Shown: positions 28,228 through 38,944, numbered from the stretch's first letter. The stretch: DNA of 64,000 nucleotides from a virus (IMGVR_UViG_3300029305_005547:160001-224000); one strand, 5' to 3'. Translations and numbers: made by a program. Notes: generated by a model from the letters alone, not told the origin.

Positions 28228-28740
28228 TTAAACGATTTGATTTTTGCGAATGCGCTTCTGCATTCTTTCAATTTTCTTCTTTTCCCAGTTCTTGCAATCT
28301 TTATCCTTAATGAAGTTTTTGGACGCAAGAAACTCTATAGATAACTCGACCGCCACAATTGAGTCGATAATATCTTTTTTGTTATGACGACCTCTTACCT
28401 TTTTGCATATAACTTTCTGGAACTTAGCTAACTCGTAAACACAAGATTTCAAGTTAAATTCCTTATCATGATTTTTCATGTAATTGGTAAAAGCCGGTCT
28501 AGCTAATTTCTTAGCTTTCTTAATATCAGACGATTTGATTTTGAAAGTATTCATTATCAAACCAGTCATAATGTTTACATCTGCAACCTCTTCACATAAA
28601 TCATCGTAATTACCTTCGCCTGCAAGTACTAAAGAGATCTCAGTAATTAACTCCGAGATTTCTTCAACTGCCAGCGTACATGCCTGAGATTTGCGAAGCG
28701 ACTTTGTCACTCTGTTTAAAACCTTATTTTTGTTTTTCAT
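28228..28740 (-). CDS. MazG-like nucleotide pyrophosphohydrolase
   Basis: AVEEISEL...LCEEVADV, followed by a degenerate second repeat. Confidence 0.7.
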   Translation of the reverse strand: MKNKNKVLNRVTKSLRKSQACTLAVEEISELITEISLVLAGEGNYDDLCEEVADVNIMTGLIMNTFKIKSSDIKKAKKLARPAFTNYMKNHDKEFNLKSCVYELAKFQKVICKKVRGRHNKKDIIDSIVAVELSIEFLASKNFIKDKDCKNWEKKKIERMQKRIRKNQIV

Positions 28741-28750
28741 ATTTTCCTTT

Positions 28751-29614
28751 CTAAGCAAACTCGAATGCTCTTGTAAGAACAAAGTTTGCTCTTCGATCTA
28801 ACCAAGGTAATGCTTCTTTAAGATCATCATAATATTCTTTATCATCACCCCAATCATATTTTCCAAACGGAATAGTAACATCTCGTTTCCGTTTACGATT
28901 TTCAGTTAGCCATCCATCACTGGATATTGATGCGTGATATATAGTAACTTCATAAATGTCACCATACTCAAACTTTAAATCAGAAATATTCACGGATTCA
29001 ATTTTACAATCTCCAAACAATGAACCTTTCAAATTCATAAGTTTACGATAAGATCGATTTACACTCACTGAAAACTTTTCACCTTTAAATACTGGTGAAA
29101 ATGGGACTTCTTTATAAAATTCAACGAAGTTTTTATACTCATCAGATTCCTGTACTACGCATTCGTCATCAACATCATAATTCGAATATTTGATTCTGCG
29201 TATAGATGCAGTTGAACCATTTACTCTATACGTTATTCCTGTATTACCAGAAAACGATATAGTTCCGGTAGTAAGTGATGTGGATGTAGTATCTATCCAT
29301 GTATTTACAGTACGAAACGAACTAGATGTACTTGCAAGTTCTTCATCAGAATGAACCTCAATAAGTTCATCAAATAAAGAATCATCTATTAATATATCTG
29401 CATCATTGAATGCTATATTAGATATCCATGTATTTATTCGTGAAGACGACGAACTCAGGTAAATTCCAGAAGAATTACCTGAGTCCCAAGGTGGATTATT
29501 TTTCAATTCCTTCCCTCTATCATGAACGAATCGTCTTGTATCACGAAATACTTCGTCATCAGTGAGATCGATATCTCCAGGCAGGAAGCTCTGAATCTCA
29601 CCTAATCCAAACAT
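28751..29614 (-). CDS. Hypothetical protein
   Basis: Operon packing; Ser/Thr-rich middle. Confidence 0.7.
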   Translation of the reverse strand: MFGLGEIQSFLPGDIDLTDDEVFRDTRRFVHDRGKELKNNPPWDSGNSSGIYLSSSSSRINTWISNIAFNDADILIDDSLFDELIEVHSDEELASTSSSFRTVNTWIDTTSTSLTTGTISFSGNTGITYRVNGSTASIRRIKYSNYDVDDECVVQESDEYKNFVEFYKEVPFSPVFKGEKFSVSVNRSYRKLMNLKGSLFGDCKIESVNISDLKFEYGDIYEVTIYHASISSDGWLTENRKRKRDVTIPFGKYDWGDDKEYYDDLKEALPWLDRRANFVLTRAFEFA

Positions 29615-29616
29615 AA

Positions 29617-30438
29617 TTAAATACCTGCCTCTTTCTTAAATTCTTCCTTGGTTGTAACCGGCTTAATTTCCTTAACAACTTCAGACTTATCCATTTTGAG
29701 TTTTTCTGCCATAGCTTCGATCATCTTGTCAAATGTCAGGTCGCAGTAATCATCGACCCAATCAGCGACAAAATACATCTTTTCATAAGTATTATTCTTA
29801 AGAGATGAAACAGATTTGTCAACTTTAAGAATACCGAAGAGAATAGGATCTTTCTCTTTTCTCTTCTTCTCGACTGCTGCAGCAGTCGATGTTTTTCCAG
29901 ATGCAGCAGCGGCTGTATTCTTCTCTTCAGTCTTCTCAGTGTAATCTGTGAAAACTACGTAGGCACCATCAAAACATTCTCGTACTGCCAACCATTTATC
30001 CATTACATCATCTGGAATTTCTCTAGGGAAATTCTCAAGCTCGATAAGCTTTACGGAATGACCAGAAATCTCTTTAAGATACTTGGTAACATTATCAATA
30101 TGAACGTACTGCTTAATTCCTTTCTCGTAGAGTTCAAGGTCCCGTTTCAATACATCGAAAGCATTCTTTGCTTTCTTTGCAGCTTCCTTCTGACCAAGGA
30201 TTTCAAACTTCTTAAGCAGACTCATACAAACATCTGCAGTTCGTTTTACTTCTTCAGAATCAGTTTCTTCTTTCATTCCTTTTACATAGTTGAAGTAATC
30301 GGAAACTGACAACTCTGCAGGTTCGGGTGCTTCTTCCACCTTTTCAGTAGGTTCTGTAGCTTTGTCTTTTACAACCTTTTCCTCTTCAGGTGCTACATAA
30401 GTTGATTTCTTTGATCTTGTTGACTTCTTTTCAGCCAT
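29617..30438 (-). CDS. Hypothetical early protein
   Basis: AAGGAGG RBS; early promoter at about 30471-30490; KDPILFG...YFVADWVDDYCDLT C-terminal domain. Confidence 0.75.
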   Translation of the reverse strand: MAEKKSTRSKKSTYVAPEEEKVVKDKATEPTEKVEEAPEPAELSVSDYFNYVKGMKEETDSEEVKRTADVCMSLLKKFEILGQKEAAKKAKNAFDVLKRDLELYEKGIKQYVHIDNVTKYLKEISGHSVKLIELENFPREIPDDVMDKWLAVRECFDGAYVVFTDYTEKTEEKNTAAAASGKTSTAAAVEKKRKEKDPILFGILKVDKSVSSLKNNTYEKMYFVADWVDDYCDLTFDKMIEAMAEKLKMDKSEVVKEIKPVTTKEEFKKEAGI

Positions 30439-30505
30439 TGTAGTATCCTCCTTGTATTTATTCTACATATATTAAAATAATATATCTTTATAATTTCTAT
30501 CATTT

Positions 30506-30844
30506 TCATAAAGAATTTATGATAGATCTTGCGTATTCACAAATTTCTTTTTTGAAATCTTCCTCTTCCATTTCAATCAATGGAATTACACTTGCTACTG
30601 AAGGGAGTGCATCAGGGTCATTAGCCGAAACGATCATTGCTTCAACTCCACTAAAAATAATTTCATCATTATCATCCATATGCATTACACGAATGACGCA
30701 TTCTTCTTTTTCTTCTACTGCAAGTACAGTAAACTCGTATAAAGTTCCTGTTCTACCTGTAGATTCTGATTTAGCATTAAAAGACTGGTAATCTATTTCG
30801 ATTTCCAATTCTTCTCCATTTATAATTTTCTCAATAGCTAACAT
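30506..30844 (-). CDS. Hypothetical acidic protein
   Basis: GAGAGG RBS. Confidence 0.65.
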   Translation of the reverse strand: MLAIEKIINGEELEIEIDYQSFNAKSESTGRTGTLYEFTVLAVEEKEECVIRVMHMDDNDEIIFSGVEAMIVSANDPDALPSVASVIPLIEMEEEDFKKEICEYARSIINSL

Positions 30845-30861
30845 AATTTACCTCTCTTAAA

Positions 30862-31164
30862 TTAAGTTATATTTTCAAGTTGATAAATGAAATTTTTGAG
30901 CATATCTATTATTTCACTTTTCTTACCATCAGGATGTGAAAAACGTATGCATTCTGTGTGGATTCCAAAAGTCTCACAGAATTCCTTTCCGAAATCATGT
31001 GGTCGCATTAAATACTGGCATAAGAGATTAGCTTTACCTTCATCTGTTACGGTAAACTCAATATAATATCTATTATCACCTGTATGTACAAACCGTGGAA
31101 TACTATCATCATTATTTATTTTATCAATATAACTTTGATCATCTTCATTTATAATAACTTGCAT
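30862..31164 (-). CDS. Hypothetical protein
   Basis: Start MQVIIN behind AAGGAG. Confidence 0.6.
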   Translation of the reverse strand: MQVIINEDDQSYIDKINNDDSIPRFVHTGDNRYYIEFTVTDEGKANLLCQYLMRPHDFGKEFCETFGIHTECIRFSHPDGKKSEIIDMLKNFIYQLENIT

Positions 31165-31165
31165 G

Positions 31166-31489
31166 TCATGTCTCCTTTTCGTAAAATGAAACTTTAGCAC
31201 AACGAGTTTCATTATAATTTTCAGGGAAAATTAATTTCTCTACTTCTTTACCCTGAATAAACACTGATTTTATTTTTGTACGATCTACCCATTTATCTCC
31301 TGTCCATGCTCTTGTAAATGGAATTTCTTTTCCATCTATTATACGAATTATTTCAGTTCTTCTTCCTAGTTCTAGTGTAAGTTGTTTCTTGTTTATTTTA
31401 AAAGGATCATCGTGGATACTGGTAACATCAATGTCAGTATCCACTTCACCAAAGTCAAAACTAATACCGTGAATACTACAAACGGTCAA
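31166..31489 (-). CDS. Hypothetical protein
   Basis: Overlapping stop/start packing. Confidence 0.55.
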   Translation of the reverse strand: MTVCSIHGISFDFGEVDTDIDVTSIHDDPFKINKKQLTLELGRRTEIIRIIDGKEIPFTRAWTGDKWVDRTKIKSVFIQGKEVEKLIFPENYNETRCAKVSFYEKET

Positions 31490-31986
31490 TTTTCTAAATA
31501 CCCGCCTTCACATGAGTTAGCTACAACTTTTCTAGATATGGCTGAATTGTCATGAACTTCTGTTTCAACCAAACATCCTTTACTCATAAACTCTTTACTA
31601 CCATCAGCTCTAAGAAGAAATGTACCTGCATTACCATTAGGGTATGGACACGGTACATCTTGTACTATACCATGATCAATATCATAATTCGGTATTTGAT
31701 TTATTATTTGTAAAGACATGCGACTTTCATAAAACTTGCAAGTAATTGGAGATAATATAAAAGCATCAGGAAATTCAGCTTCAAATATTGTAACACCCTT
31801 TAGTGTATCAGCATTCGCTTCAAGAATATCCTTAATGTTTTTAGTGACTTCAATCATCCTTTCTTTATGAGCACATACATCGAAATGAATACAAGACATA
31901 CATTTAGTATTCTTATATTTTTCTTTTCTAGGATCTACATATCGTATACCGTCAACACCTTTAATTTCATAATAAGCTTCGCTCAT
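31486..31986 (-). CDS. Hypothetical Cys-containing protein
   Basis: AAGGAGG RBS before MSEAYY; CxxCxHxxxC motif. Confidence 0.65.
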   Translation of the reverse strand: MSEAYYEIKGVDGIRYVDPRKEKYKNTKCMSCIHFDVCAHKERMIEVTKNIKDILEANADTLKGVTIFEAEFPDAFILSPITCKFYESRMSLQIINQIPNYDIDHGIVQDVPCPYPNGNAGTFLLRADGSKEFMSKGCLVETEVHDNSAISRKVVANSCEGGYLEN

Positions 31987-31999
31987 TTGTACCTCCTTC

Positions 32000-32356
32000 T
32001 TATTTATAAGTACCATTAAGTACTCTTTCGTTCAAACTTTCAAGTTTAATTCCTATCATTTTATTCAAATCTTCATCTGATATATAGCATATCATCTTAA
32101 GATATTCTGTACAAATTAAAACATCCGCTAATTCTTCAGTTAAACCTAATTTATTTCCTTTACCACGAAGTTCTTTAGTAACTTCCTGAGTAAGTTCAGA
32201 TAATTCCTCAGCTGTAATAATAAGCTGTTTATGACCCATAGGATTTCCATCTCCCATAGTAGAAATTATTGACTGCTGTAATATAGCAAATATCTGTTCT
32301 TTACTATAAATTTTAGCAGGCTCTTTCATTTTCTGTTCTAAAATTTGTCTGTCCAT
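32000..32356 (-). CDS. MazG-like nucleotide pyrophosphohydrolase
   Basis: AEELSELTQEVTKELRG...LTEELADVLIC. Confidence 0.78.
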   Translation of the reverse strand: MDRQILEQKMKEPAKIYSKEQIFAILQQSIISTMGDGNPMGHKQLIITAEELSELTQEVTKELRGKGNKLGLTEELADVLICTEYLKMICYISDEDLNKMIGIKLESLNERVLNGTYK

Positions 32357-32597
32357 ATTCAGTTTAATCCTTCCATATTTATTTTGCACATATATTTTTC
32401 ACGAATTTCATATTCTAATTCATGAATCGATACATCTCCTATTAGAATTGATTCTACTAAAGATGTAGTAATTTGATTCATCATATTTTCGATAGCAGAC
32501 ATTTTAGTGCTATCGGATTTATCACTCAAATCTACCACTTCCTTTCCAAAACGATTATGTTAATGTGAAATAGATAATGGTAGTTTAGATTAATACT

Positions 32598-33425
32598 TTA
32601 TTCAATTATAGATAGATCTCTAACTTTTACATTATCAGAAATGATTGTTTCCCACGACATACAATCACGTGTTCTAGCAGCACCGCAATGGGAGCATGAG
32701 TTATCAGCATCGTCATTCATACCTTCACAATACTTACATTCCCATTTACCCTTGGGTAGCATACCTATATTTATCTTTGTATAATCAATAAGTATTTCTT
32801 TAATTCTACCCATGAAAATACTATCAAATCTTGGTCCAAATGGACTGGTGACAAAGAAATCAGAATGATTCTCTCTAAATTTCTTTCTAAGTATAGATTT
32901 GATAGATTCTTGTATTTCCGTAAAATCAGGTTGGACTGTATGTACATCCATTAACATATAATCTACCACTATAATAATGCGAATGATTTTATTAGGTAAT
33001 ACTTTATAATGAGGTTCGGAATCGCAGTATCTAGGGTCAAAACGATATCGAGTGAAGTCTATACACCAATCATGATTATCCAAAATTCTTTCATGATAAA
33101 TAGCCTGATTTAAGAATGTATTTAATTCATTTTCTGAAAGTCTTCTAAGCATATACGGTTCTTCACATGTTGGTGCTAAAACTTTAATTAATGAATCAGT
33201 ATTTTTAACCTGATAAACTCCATTTACTACACTAAAACTATTATCTTTAAATAAAAGCATTATTGATTCTAGAGTATTTTCACAATACTTTTGCTCATCA
33301 AGTCTACTGTCTATATTTAAAGGTAACGGAATATCAAAAACTATATTGATATTACTATCATAATTATTTGACTGACCTACAGTAAATTTTTTATATTGAA
33401 TTTTTGAATTATTCATGAATATCAT
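32598..33425 (-). CDS. Hypothetical protein with C-terminal zinc ribbon
   Basis: WECKYC...CSHCGA. Confidence 0.7.
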   Translation of the reverse strand: MIFMNNSKIQYKKFTVGQSNNYDSNINIVFDIPLPLNIDSRLDEQKYCENTLESIMLLFKDNSFSVVNGVYQVKNTDSLIKVLAPTCEEPYMLRRLSENELNTFLNQAIYHERILDNHDWCIDFTRYRFDPRYCDSEPHYKVLPNKIIRIIIVVDYMLMDVHTVQPDFTEIQESIKSILRKKFRENHSDFFVTSPFGPRFDSIFMGRIKEILIDYTKINIGMLPKGKWECKYCEGMNDDADNSCSHCGAARTRDCMSWETIISDNVKVRDLSIIE

Positions 33426-33561
33426 CCTTTCATAATATCACTTATAGTTAATATAATAGGTGTTATAGCTAAACCTATGATAGAACCGCATAATGCATCA
33501 TAAACTATATACAAAACACAATCAAGTATGAAATGAAATATTTCATTCATGGATTTCATGT

Positions 33562-33936
33562 CTAGTTATCCTCCAATGGTATAACAGAATCAAGTGTATA
33601 AGGTATTTCAAGAAAATCGAGAAATGAACTAATTTCTTTGAAACTAGTACCAATACCATAACCTTCTGTAATAAATCTCATGCTAGTACCATCTGTTTTA
33701 AATACATGAGTTTCGTGTTCTTCTTCGATATCTCCTTTAACTACAATTCTAAGAGGCGCTTCAACAATGGATTCTCTTGCAGGTGCATAATAAGATGATT
33801 CCATCTGAGAAGTAGTTGTAGCAAATATATGTTGTTCAAGAGGGTTGTCTACATGGCTACTTTCACTTTCTGGTACTAAAAGTGTTGTAGATGTAGATTT
33901 TTCATTTGGATTAGTATCTGATATAATATCTAACAT
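33562..33936 (-). CDS. Hypothetical protein, paralog of 33948-34217
   Basis: Shared C-terminal G.GIGT....I...LD...(I/V).Y motif. Confidence 0.65.
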   Translation of the reverse strand: MLDIISDTNPNEKSTSTTLLVPESESSHVDNPLEQHIFATTTSQMESSYYAPARESIVEAPLRIVVKGDIEEEHETHVFKTDGTSMRFITEGYGIGTSFKEISSFLDFLEIPYTLDSVIPLEDN

Positions 33937-33947
33937 AATTAATCTCC

Positions 33948-34217
33948 CTATATTTTGTATCGTGTTTCATTAGATTTATAACTTACATTGCATAGGTCTA
34001 AAACCCTCTTTATATCTTCAGGATCAGTTCCTATACCTGATCCTCTGTCGTATTCAAAATTGACAGATATCAGACCTCCTTCTCGTCTGATATCTGTTTT
34101 AGTTATTATTTTACCGCAACGAAGTTCATCTTCTATAGTGAGAACTATTTTTGTATCTCTTTGTGTATTTGAATTATTTTGATCGATCTTACTCGCCATA
34201 TATTTTCTCCTATTCAT
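33948..34217 (-). CDS. Hypothetical protein, paralog of 33562-33936
   Basis: GSGIGTDPEDIKRVLDLCNVSY. Confidence 0.65.
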   Translation of the reverse strand: MNRRKYMASKIDQNNSNTQRDTKIVLTIEDELRCGKIITKTDIRREGGLISVNFEYDRGSGIGTDPEDIKRVLDLCNVSYKSNETRYKI

Positions 34218-34410
34218 CTTCTTTTCTAATTGATCCTAGTCCTTTACATTTCCAACAAGGTCCATCAAGACTTCTATTATCTTTACCGGTACCACTACAT
34301 TCAGGACATTCTACATACGTACTAATTGTATCTCCACTAAAGTCTAAATTTCTAGAATATGTATCGATTCCACACTGCCAATCTATTCCACCCATTTTTA
34401 TGTCCTCCAT
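34210..34410 (-). CDS. Small DnaJ-type zinc-finger protein
   Basis: CPECSGTG...CWKCKGLG. Confidence 0.7.
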   Translation of the reverse strand: MEDIKMGGIDWQCGIDTYSRNLDFSGDTISTYVECPECSGTGKDNRSLDGPCWKCKGLGSIRKEDE

Positions 34411-34601
34411 TGTTATAAATACTTTTCACCATCTGTTACTTTATAATCATTCACTTCTATTATACCACTAAGATCGGAATGATTAATACTCATATGTAGT
34501 TCATTAAGAGTATCAGCATTTACAATATCATATTTATCATCAATTCCAAATGCTGTATCAATCGTAGGTTGAATAATTACATTTGTCATTATATAACCCT
34601 C

Positions 34602-35126
34602 CTATTCTTTTCCTTTAAAATATTCAATTGGTGTATCAGGAAAATAATCAATAAATAAATCTTTAAAATCCTGAAGATTTTCAATAACTCTATCTTCAAA
34701 ATCAGTATCATCAAAATTTCCAACTCTAAATTCAATCGAAACAAGTTGATCAAAACCATCAGTACGCCTGTTATTAACTCTAATAAGTTTAAAACCTATT
34801 GAGTTTGCTTGAATAAATTCATCGACATTACGTAATGAGTAAATATAATTAGAGCCTATATGTACATAAGGTTTGTTTATATCCATGGTATCATCTTTAG
34901 GGCATGAAACTTTAGTATCGAAATTTGTCGTCAAATTGTAAATCTTTCCATATACAATTTTTGCGCATGACTCACATAATTCAATGTCAACTAACTTCTT
35001 ATTTATGTTATCTCTCCACATACATCCAGCAGGTCTAAATTTATCACCGCATAATTTAAAAGTTGCTATTTGTGCTTCTGATATTTCTTTACCACATTTA
35101 TTACATGTTATTTTATATTCTCTCAT
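34602..35126 (-). CDS. Hypothetical protein with N-terminal zinc-binding motif
   Basis: CNKCG...LCESC. Confidence 0.7.
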   Translation of the reverse strand: MREYKITCNKCGKEISEAQIATFKLCGDKFRPAGCMWRDNINKKLVDIELCESCAKIVYGKIYNLTTNFDTKVSCPKDDTMDINKPYVHIGSNYIYSLRNVDEFIQANSIGFKLIRVNNRRTDGFDQLVSIEFRVGNFDDTDFEDRVIENLQDFKDLFIDYFPDTPIEYFKGKE

Positions 35127-35127
35127 A

Positions 35128-35763
35128 TTATTCTCCTTGAAATCTTTCTAAAATATAATCTGGATCATTTAATACTTCTTCAGGGTCAAGACCTAAATCA
35201 TATAAATAATCACTTATTTCTTTTAGTGTATCCGTTGTATTATTATTTTTACAATGGTCAATAAAACCTTCAACCATTTTCTTTAATTCTGCAACATGAA
35301 TTACAAAATCAGAATCAACTGGATCGTCAGGTCTATCAATTTTACTGCCTGAAAATCCTTGTGACTCATAATATTCTTTACGAGTCATCATCATATTTTC
35401 ATTAGCAAATGCCTTTAATTCTACAGCTAATTCTTTTAATCGTTCTTTTTCAATTTCAGTACTCAAAGGTGATTTTTGCGTATCATATAACATCACTTTT
35501 CCTTCAAGACTTAATAATATAACATCCCCAAAAGCATCCAGTCCGATAGTACTTACTATACTTGACGGAACTTTGCAAATTCCATTATCTAATTCATCAA
35601 TACAAATAAGTTTACATCCTGTGATGAATTGATCTACGTTTTCTAAAGGATATCTGATTATACTTACATACTCAGTATTAAGTAAATCAAAAATTTCCTT
35701 AGATACGCCTATAGTTTTATCTTCCATAGATGTTTCTAAATCCATACATAATTTGATTTTCAT
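35128..35763 (-). CDS. Hypothetical protein
   Basis: Start MKIKLC behind GAAAGGAA. Confidence 0.65.
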   Translation of the reverse strand: MKIKLCMDLETSMEDKTIGVSKEIFDLLNTEYVSIIRYPLENVDQFITGCKLICIDELDNGICKVPSSIVSTIGLDAFGDVILLSLEGKVMLYDTQKSPLSTEIEKERLKELAVELKAFANENMMMTRKEYYESQGFSGSKIDRPDDPVDSDFVIHVAELKKMVEGFIDHCKNNNTTDTLKEISDYLYDLGLDPEEVLNDPDYILERFQGE

Positions 35764-35831
35764 AGTATTTTTATTTCCTTTCATAAAAAGAAAAGTGTAG
35801 TGAGAAATAAATCTCACTACACTCTCAAATT

Positions 35832-37250
35832 CTACATATGACAGAAATTAAATACGTCAATCTTCTGTCCTTTTGTTACAGCAAAATAATCGTTAAGCAA
35901 TCCTGAGTCACGTGATGTAATCATGTGTTTTACAGGATCAAACTTACGAAACATTTGTTTTACTGCTTCATCCATTATACCTATGATATTGAGGATGTCC
36001 CCGTCGAAATCGGCGTTTAATCCAGGCAATATCGATAGAGGTACTGCTAATGTATAACACTGACTATCAGGTACTACTCTTCTGATATTCATAAGAATAA
36101 TGGAATAATAATTTAGCGTCGGATTTCTGTTAATTACAACAGAAGGTTTCTCCACTTCAATAATAAGTTTCATGATTTCATAAATACGAGGATCAAAATT
36201 ATATCCTTGCTCCCAAATAGTATTAGCCTGAGCTAATGAAATATCATGAATCTTCATGAGGTAGTGAATGATCTTTAATTTAAACATTACATAGAAACAG
36301 CTATAACCCAAATCTACTTCGTTATCAAGTAAAGTAGGATCAGGTACGATTACATTACGTGCTGTGAAATTTAACGATCCACCAATGAGCTGATCACGAA
36401 TCAGTCCATCTTTAGTATTCAAGAGTTCAAAGTTAAACTCCCAAATCTTGTTGGCACGTGACTGAATTCTGTTAAGAATTACAGGTGTTTCGATTTCTTC
36501 AGAATCTCTTAAATTTCTTGCAAGATTCGTACAGGTATTTATATCCTTATCGATACCTGTGAAATAAAAGTTTTCTGAAGTTACTGACTGTTGTCTAAGT
36601 AATGTAGTGTAAACAGGAATATGTGACGTGAATACCTTAAGTCTTTCGTTCTTAAGCATATCAAACGTCTTAGCCTTATTGGGCTTCTTTTTCTTATAGA
36701 AATCTATGATTTCGTCATACCTCATTCGAAACTCTTCGATACCAATACCACAGAATGGGCTCTTAGGATCAAATTCCTTCATTTCTTCTTCCGTTAAATC
36801 AACACGTCTACCATCACGGTCTACACGTTTCTTTAAGAAGATGATCTCGGGAAATTCTTCTCTACCAATAGCTTGCTGAAGTAGTCTGTAATAATGAGGT
36901 GCAATGATTTTCTTATTACCAAGAGGAATCCATCCTGTCATCCTCGGATCTACATCTCTAAATTCAATTTTAGTACCACATTTAGGACAAATTTCATCCT
37001 CAAAAATAGTACCTTTAAATTCTCCACATTTACAACGGTAACGTTCCTGAAAACTTTGTTCATCAGAAAACGTGGTACCATAAAGAGGAGATTGAGGACC
37101 ATACAAAGCTTTCTTTCTTGATTCATCAATCTCTACCTCAGGTGGGTCTGTAATAAAAAACCCTCTTCCTGTAGAAATATCTGAGAAAGCACATGCGTCC
37201 CAATTGAGTCGTTCAACTTGAACTCTTCGTTTTCCCATTGTGTTAATCAC
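35832..37250 (-). CDS. Multisubunit RNA polymerase beta' subunit, N-terminal half (probably the non-virion RNAP)
   Basis: Zinc finger RCKCG...CPKC, RNVIVPDP, INRNPTL and catalytic NADFDGD; downstream of an early promoter. Confidence 0.93.
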   Translation of the reverse strand: MINTMGKRRVQVERLNWDACAFSDISTGRGFFITDPPEVEIDESRKKALYGPQSPLYGTTFSDEQSFQERYRCKCGEFKGTIFEDEICPKCGTKIEFRDVDPRMTGWIPLGNKKIIAPHYYRLLQQAIGREEFPEIIFLKKRVDRDGRRVDLTEEEMKEFDPKSPFCGIGIEEFRMRYDEIIDFYKKKKPNKAKTFDMLKNERLKVFTSHIPVYTTLLRQQSVTSENFYFTGIDKDINTCTNLARNLRDSEEIETPVILNRIQSRANKIWEFNFELLNTKDGLIRDQLIGGSLNFTARNVIVPDPTLLDNEVDLGYSCFYVMFKLKIIHYLMKIHDISLAQANTIWEQGYNFDPRIYEIMKLIIEVEKPSVVINRNPTLNYYSIILMNIRRVVPDSQCYTLAVPLSILPGLNADFDGDILNIIGIMDEAVKQMFRKFDPVKHMITSRDSGLLNDYFAVTKGQKIDVFNFCHM

Positions 37251-37260
37251 TCCTGTTCAT

Positions 37261-37596
37261 TTATTTTAATATTTTCACTTTATAGATTAAGCAAATAAAT
37301 CTTTCAATCCAACAACCTTTTGCTTTCATCCAATGTGTTGGAACAAAATATACAGCATTGCAAGAATCAAGTATTTTAATAGATTCTCCTAAATGCCATA
37401 ATCTACCAGCGTTGACTGGTACATTGTGATGGTGGTAATTATCGACAAATGTAATTTCGTATTCTTTACCATACTTAGCACGAACTTGATGCTTTGCATT
37501 GATACGAATTTGATGTACTTGATGCTCTGATAATCCACTCATCTTGTGACTTAAGAATACTCTAAGTCGTGGTTTTTGTTCATCAGTAATTTTCAT
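37261..37596 (-). CDS. Nucleoside 2-deoxyribosyltransferase-like (DUF4406-type) protein
   Basis: VFLSHKMSGL...IKILDSCNAVYF...WMKAKGCWIE. Confidence 0.7.
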   Translation of the reverse strand: MKITDEQKPRLRVFLSHKMSGLSEHQVHQIRINAKHQVRAKYGKEYEITFVDNYHHHNVPVNAGRLWHLGESIKILDSCNAVYFVPTHWMKAKGCWIERFICLIYKVKILK

Positions 37597-38005
37597 GTCA
37601 TAGGCTCCTTTCTGTAAACATACTAAAAAATAATATATCTACAAAAAAGAATTTTGGGTAAACAAAACCCAAAAATCCTTTAATGTCTAAATGGCGGAAC
37701 CACCGCCATTCAAACGTCTATACTCAAACAATTTTAACATACCATTTTCTAATCAAGTTTGGTATTACAAAAGACTTTAACATCTTTTGTAATTTGTTAA
37801 TAAACGTCATAAGTATACTTTCAAAAATATTTTGACTTTAAGATTACGTTTCCGGATAAATTAAATCCTAAAACATGTATATGTATTTAAATACATAAAA
37901 ATAATATACGTTTATTTTTTGGAACTTTATTTTTCTTTTAGTTGTAAAAATCGCACAAAAACAATACTCTAAACAGATAAATTTAAAAGAAAGGTGGTTT
38001 AACCT

Positions 38006-38929
38006 ATGATGACTGCAACATCATCTAAAATTTTCTGTAATCAGAGTGCTGGAAATATTGGTCTTATGTATATTTCTGAACAGGTTTCTCCGTCAGATAA
38101 TACTATCTCCAATTTGAAATATAACGACAGTGCCAGTACGAGATATGCGGAATTCGATACGGTTTTACAAACCTTCAGATGTATAAATCGAAACGGTAGA
38201 AAATATTGGGGTCCCAATATTAATGATATGCTTAAGGCAGAGCGAATTGTAACCATGTTATCAACTAATAGTTGGTACGGTGAAATGGATCATCCATACG
38301 CTCTTCATAAAAACCAGGATTTATCTTCTGAAAGAATTCAAACAATTGAAATGTCCAGAAGATCTCATAAAATATTATGCCCTGAAGTTCATGGAGACAT
38401 TCTTAGAGCTAAGATTCAGACTGCATCTGGTACTGAAGCAGGTAGAGGTTTCTGTGATGAGATTATTCAAGGTCTCATTCCATCCTTTAGTTGTAGAGCA
38501 ATTGCTGGTATACAGATGATTGAAGGTGAACCTTATGTAATCGTAAGAAAACTTATAACTTACGACTGGGTTTTATATCCTTCTCATAAAGAGGCTAATA
38601 TGGATGGCAAACCTAAGTTTATCATGAAGTCTTCTGCTTTGGTATCTTTAGAATCTGCCGGAATTGACAGAGCTAGAGAAATTGAAGATATCAGAAACCA
38701 GTATACTCAGGATGTATTAATTCCTCTTAAGGAGATTCTGGAATATACAGGTATGAAAGATCCTAACACTCAGGTTATTTTGGAAGCATTTGATTTATCT
38801 CTTGATGATATTGTAGGATTTGACAATAATCTCAATCATGCAATTATTAGAGATGGTGATAACACAATCTATGCTAATATTTCTCCCAAAACAAAACATG
38901 AAGTTAGTAATTTCTTAAGTTCATTTTAA
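38006..38929 (+). CDS. Prohead core protease (T4 gp21 / phiKZ gp175-like)
   Basis: NRNGRKY, GEMDHP, SHKI, PSFSCRA, TYDWVLYPSH; late promoter at 37960-37971. Confidence 0.88.
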   Translation: MMTATSSKIFCNQSAGNIGLMYISEQVSPSDNTISNLKYNDSASTRYAEFDTVLQTFRCINRNGRKYWGPNINDMLKAERIVTMLSTNSWYGEMDHPYALHKNQDLSSERIQTIEMSRRSHKILCPEVHGDILRAKIQTASGTEAGRGFCDEIIQGLIPSFSCRAIAGIQMIEGEPYVIVRKLITYDWVLYPSHKEANMDGKPKFIMKSSALVSLESAGIDRAREIEDIRNQYTQDVLIPLKEILEYTGMKDPNTQVILEAFDLSLDDIVGFDNNLNHAIIRDGDNTIYANISPKTKHEVSNFLSSF

Positions 38930-38944
38930 AGGAGAAAGATAACT

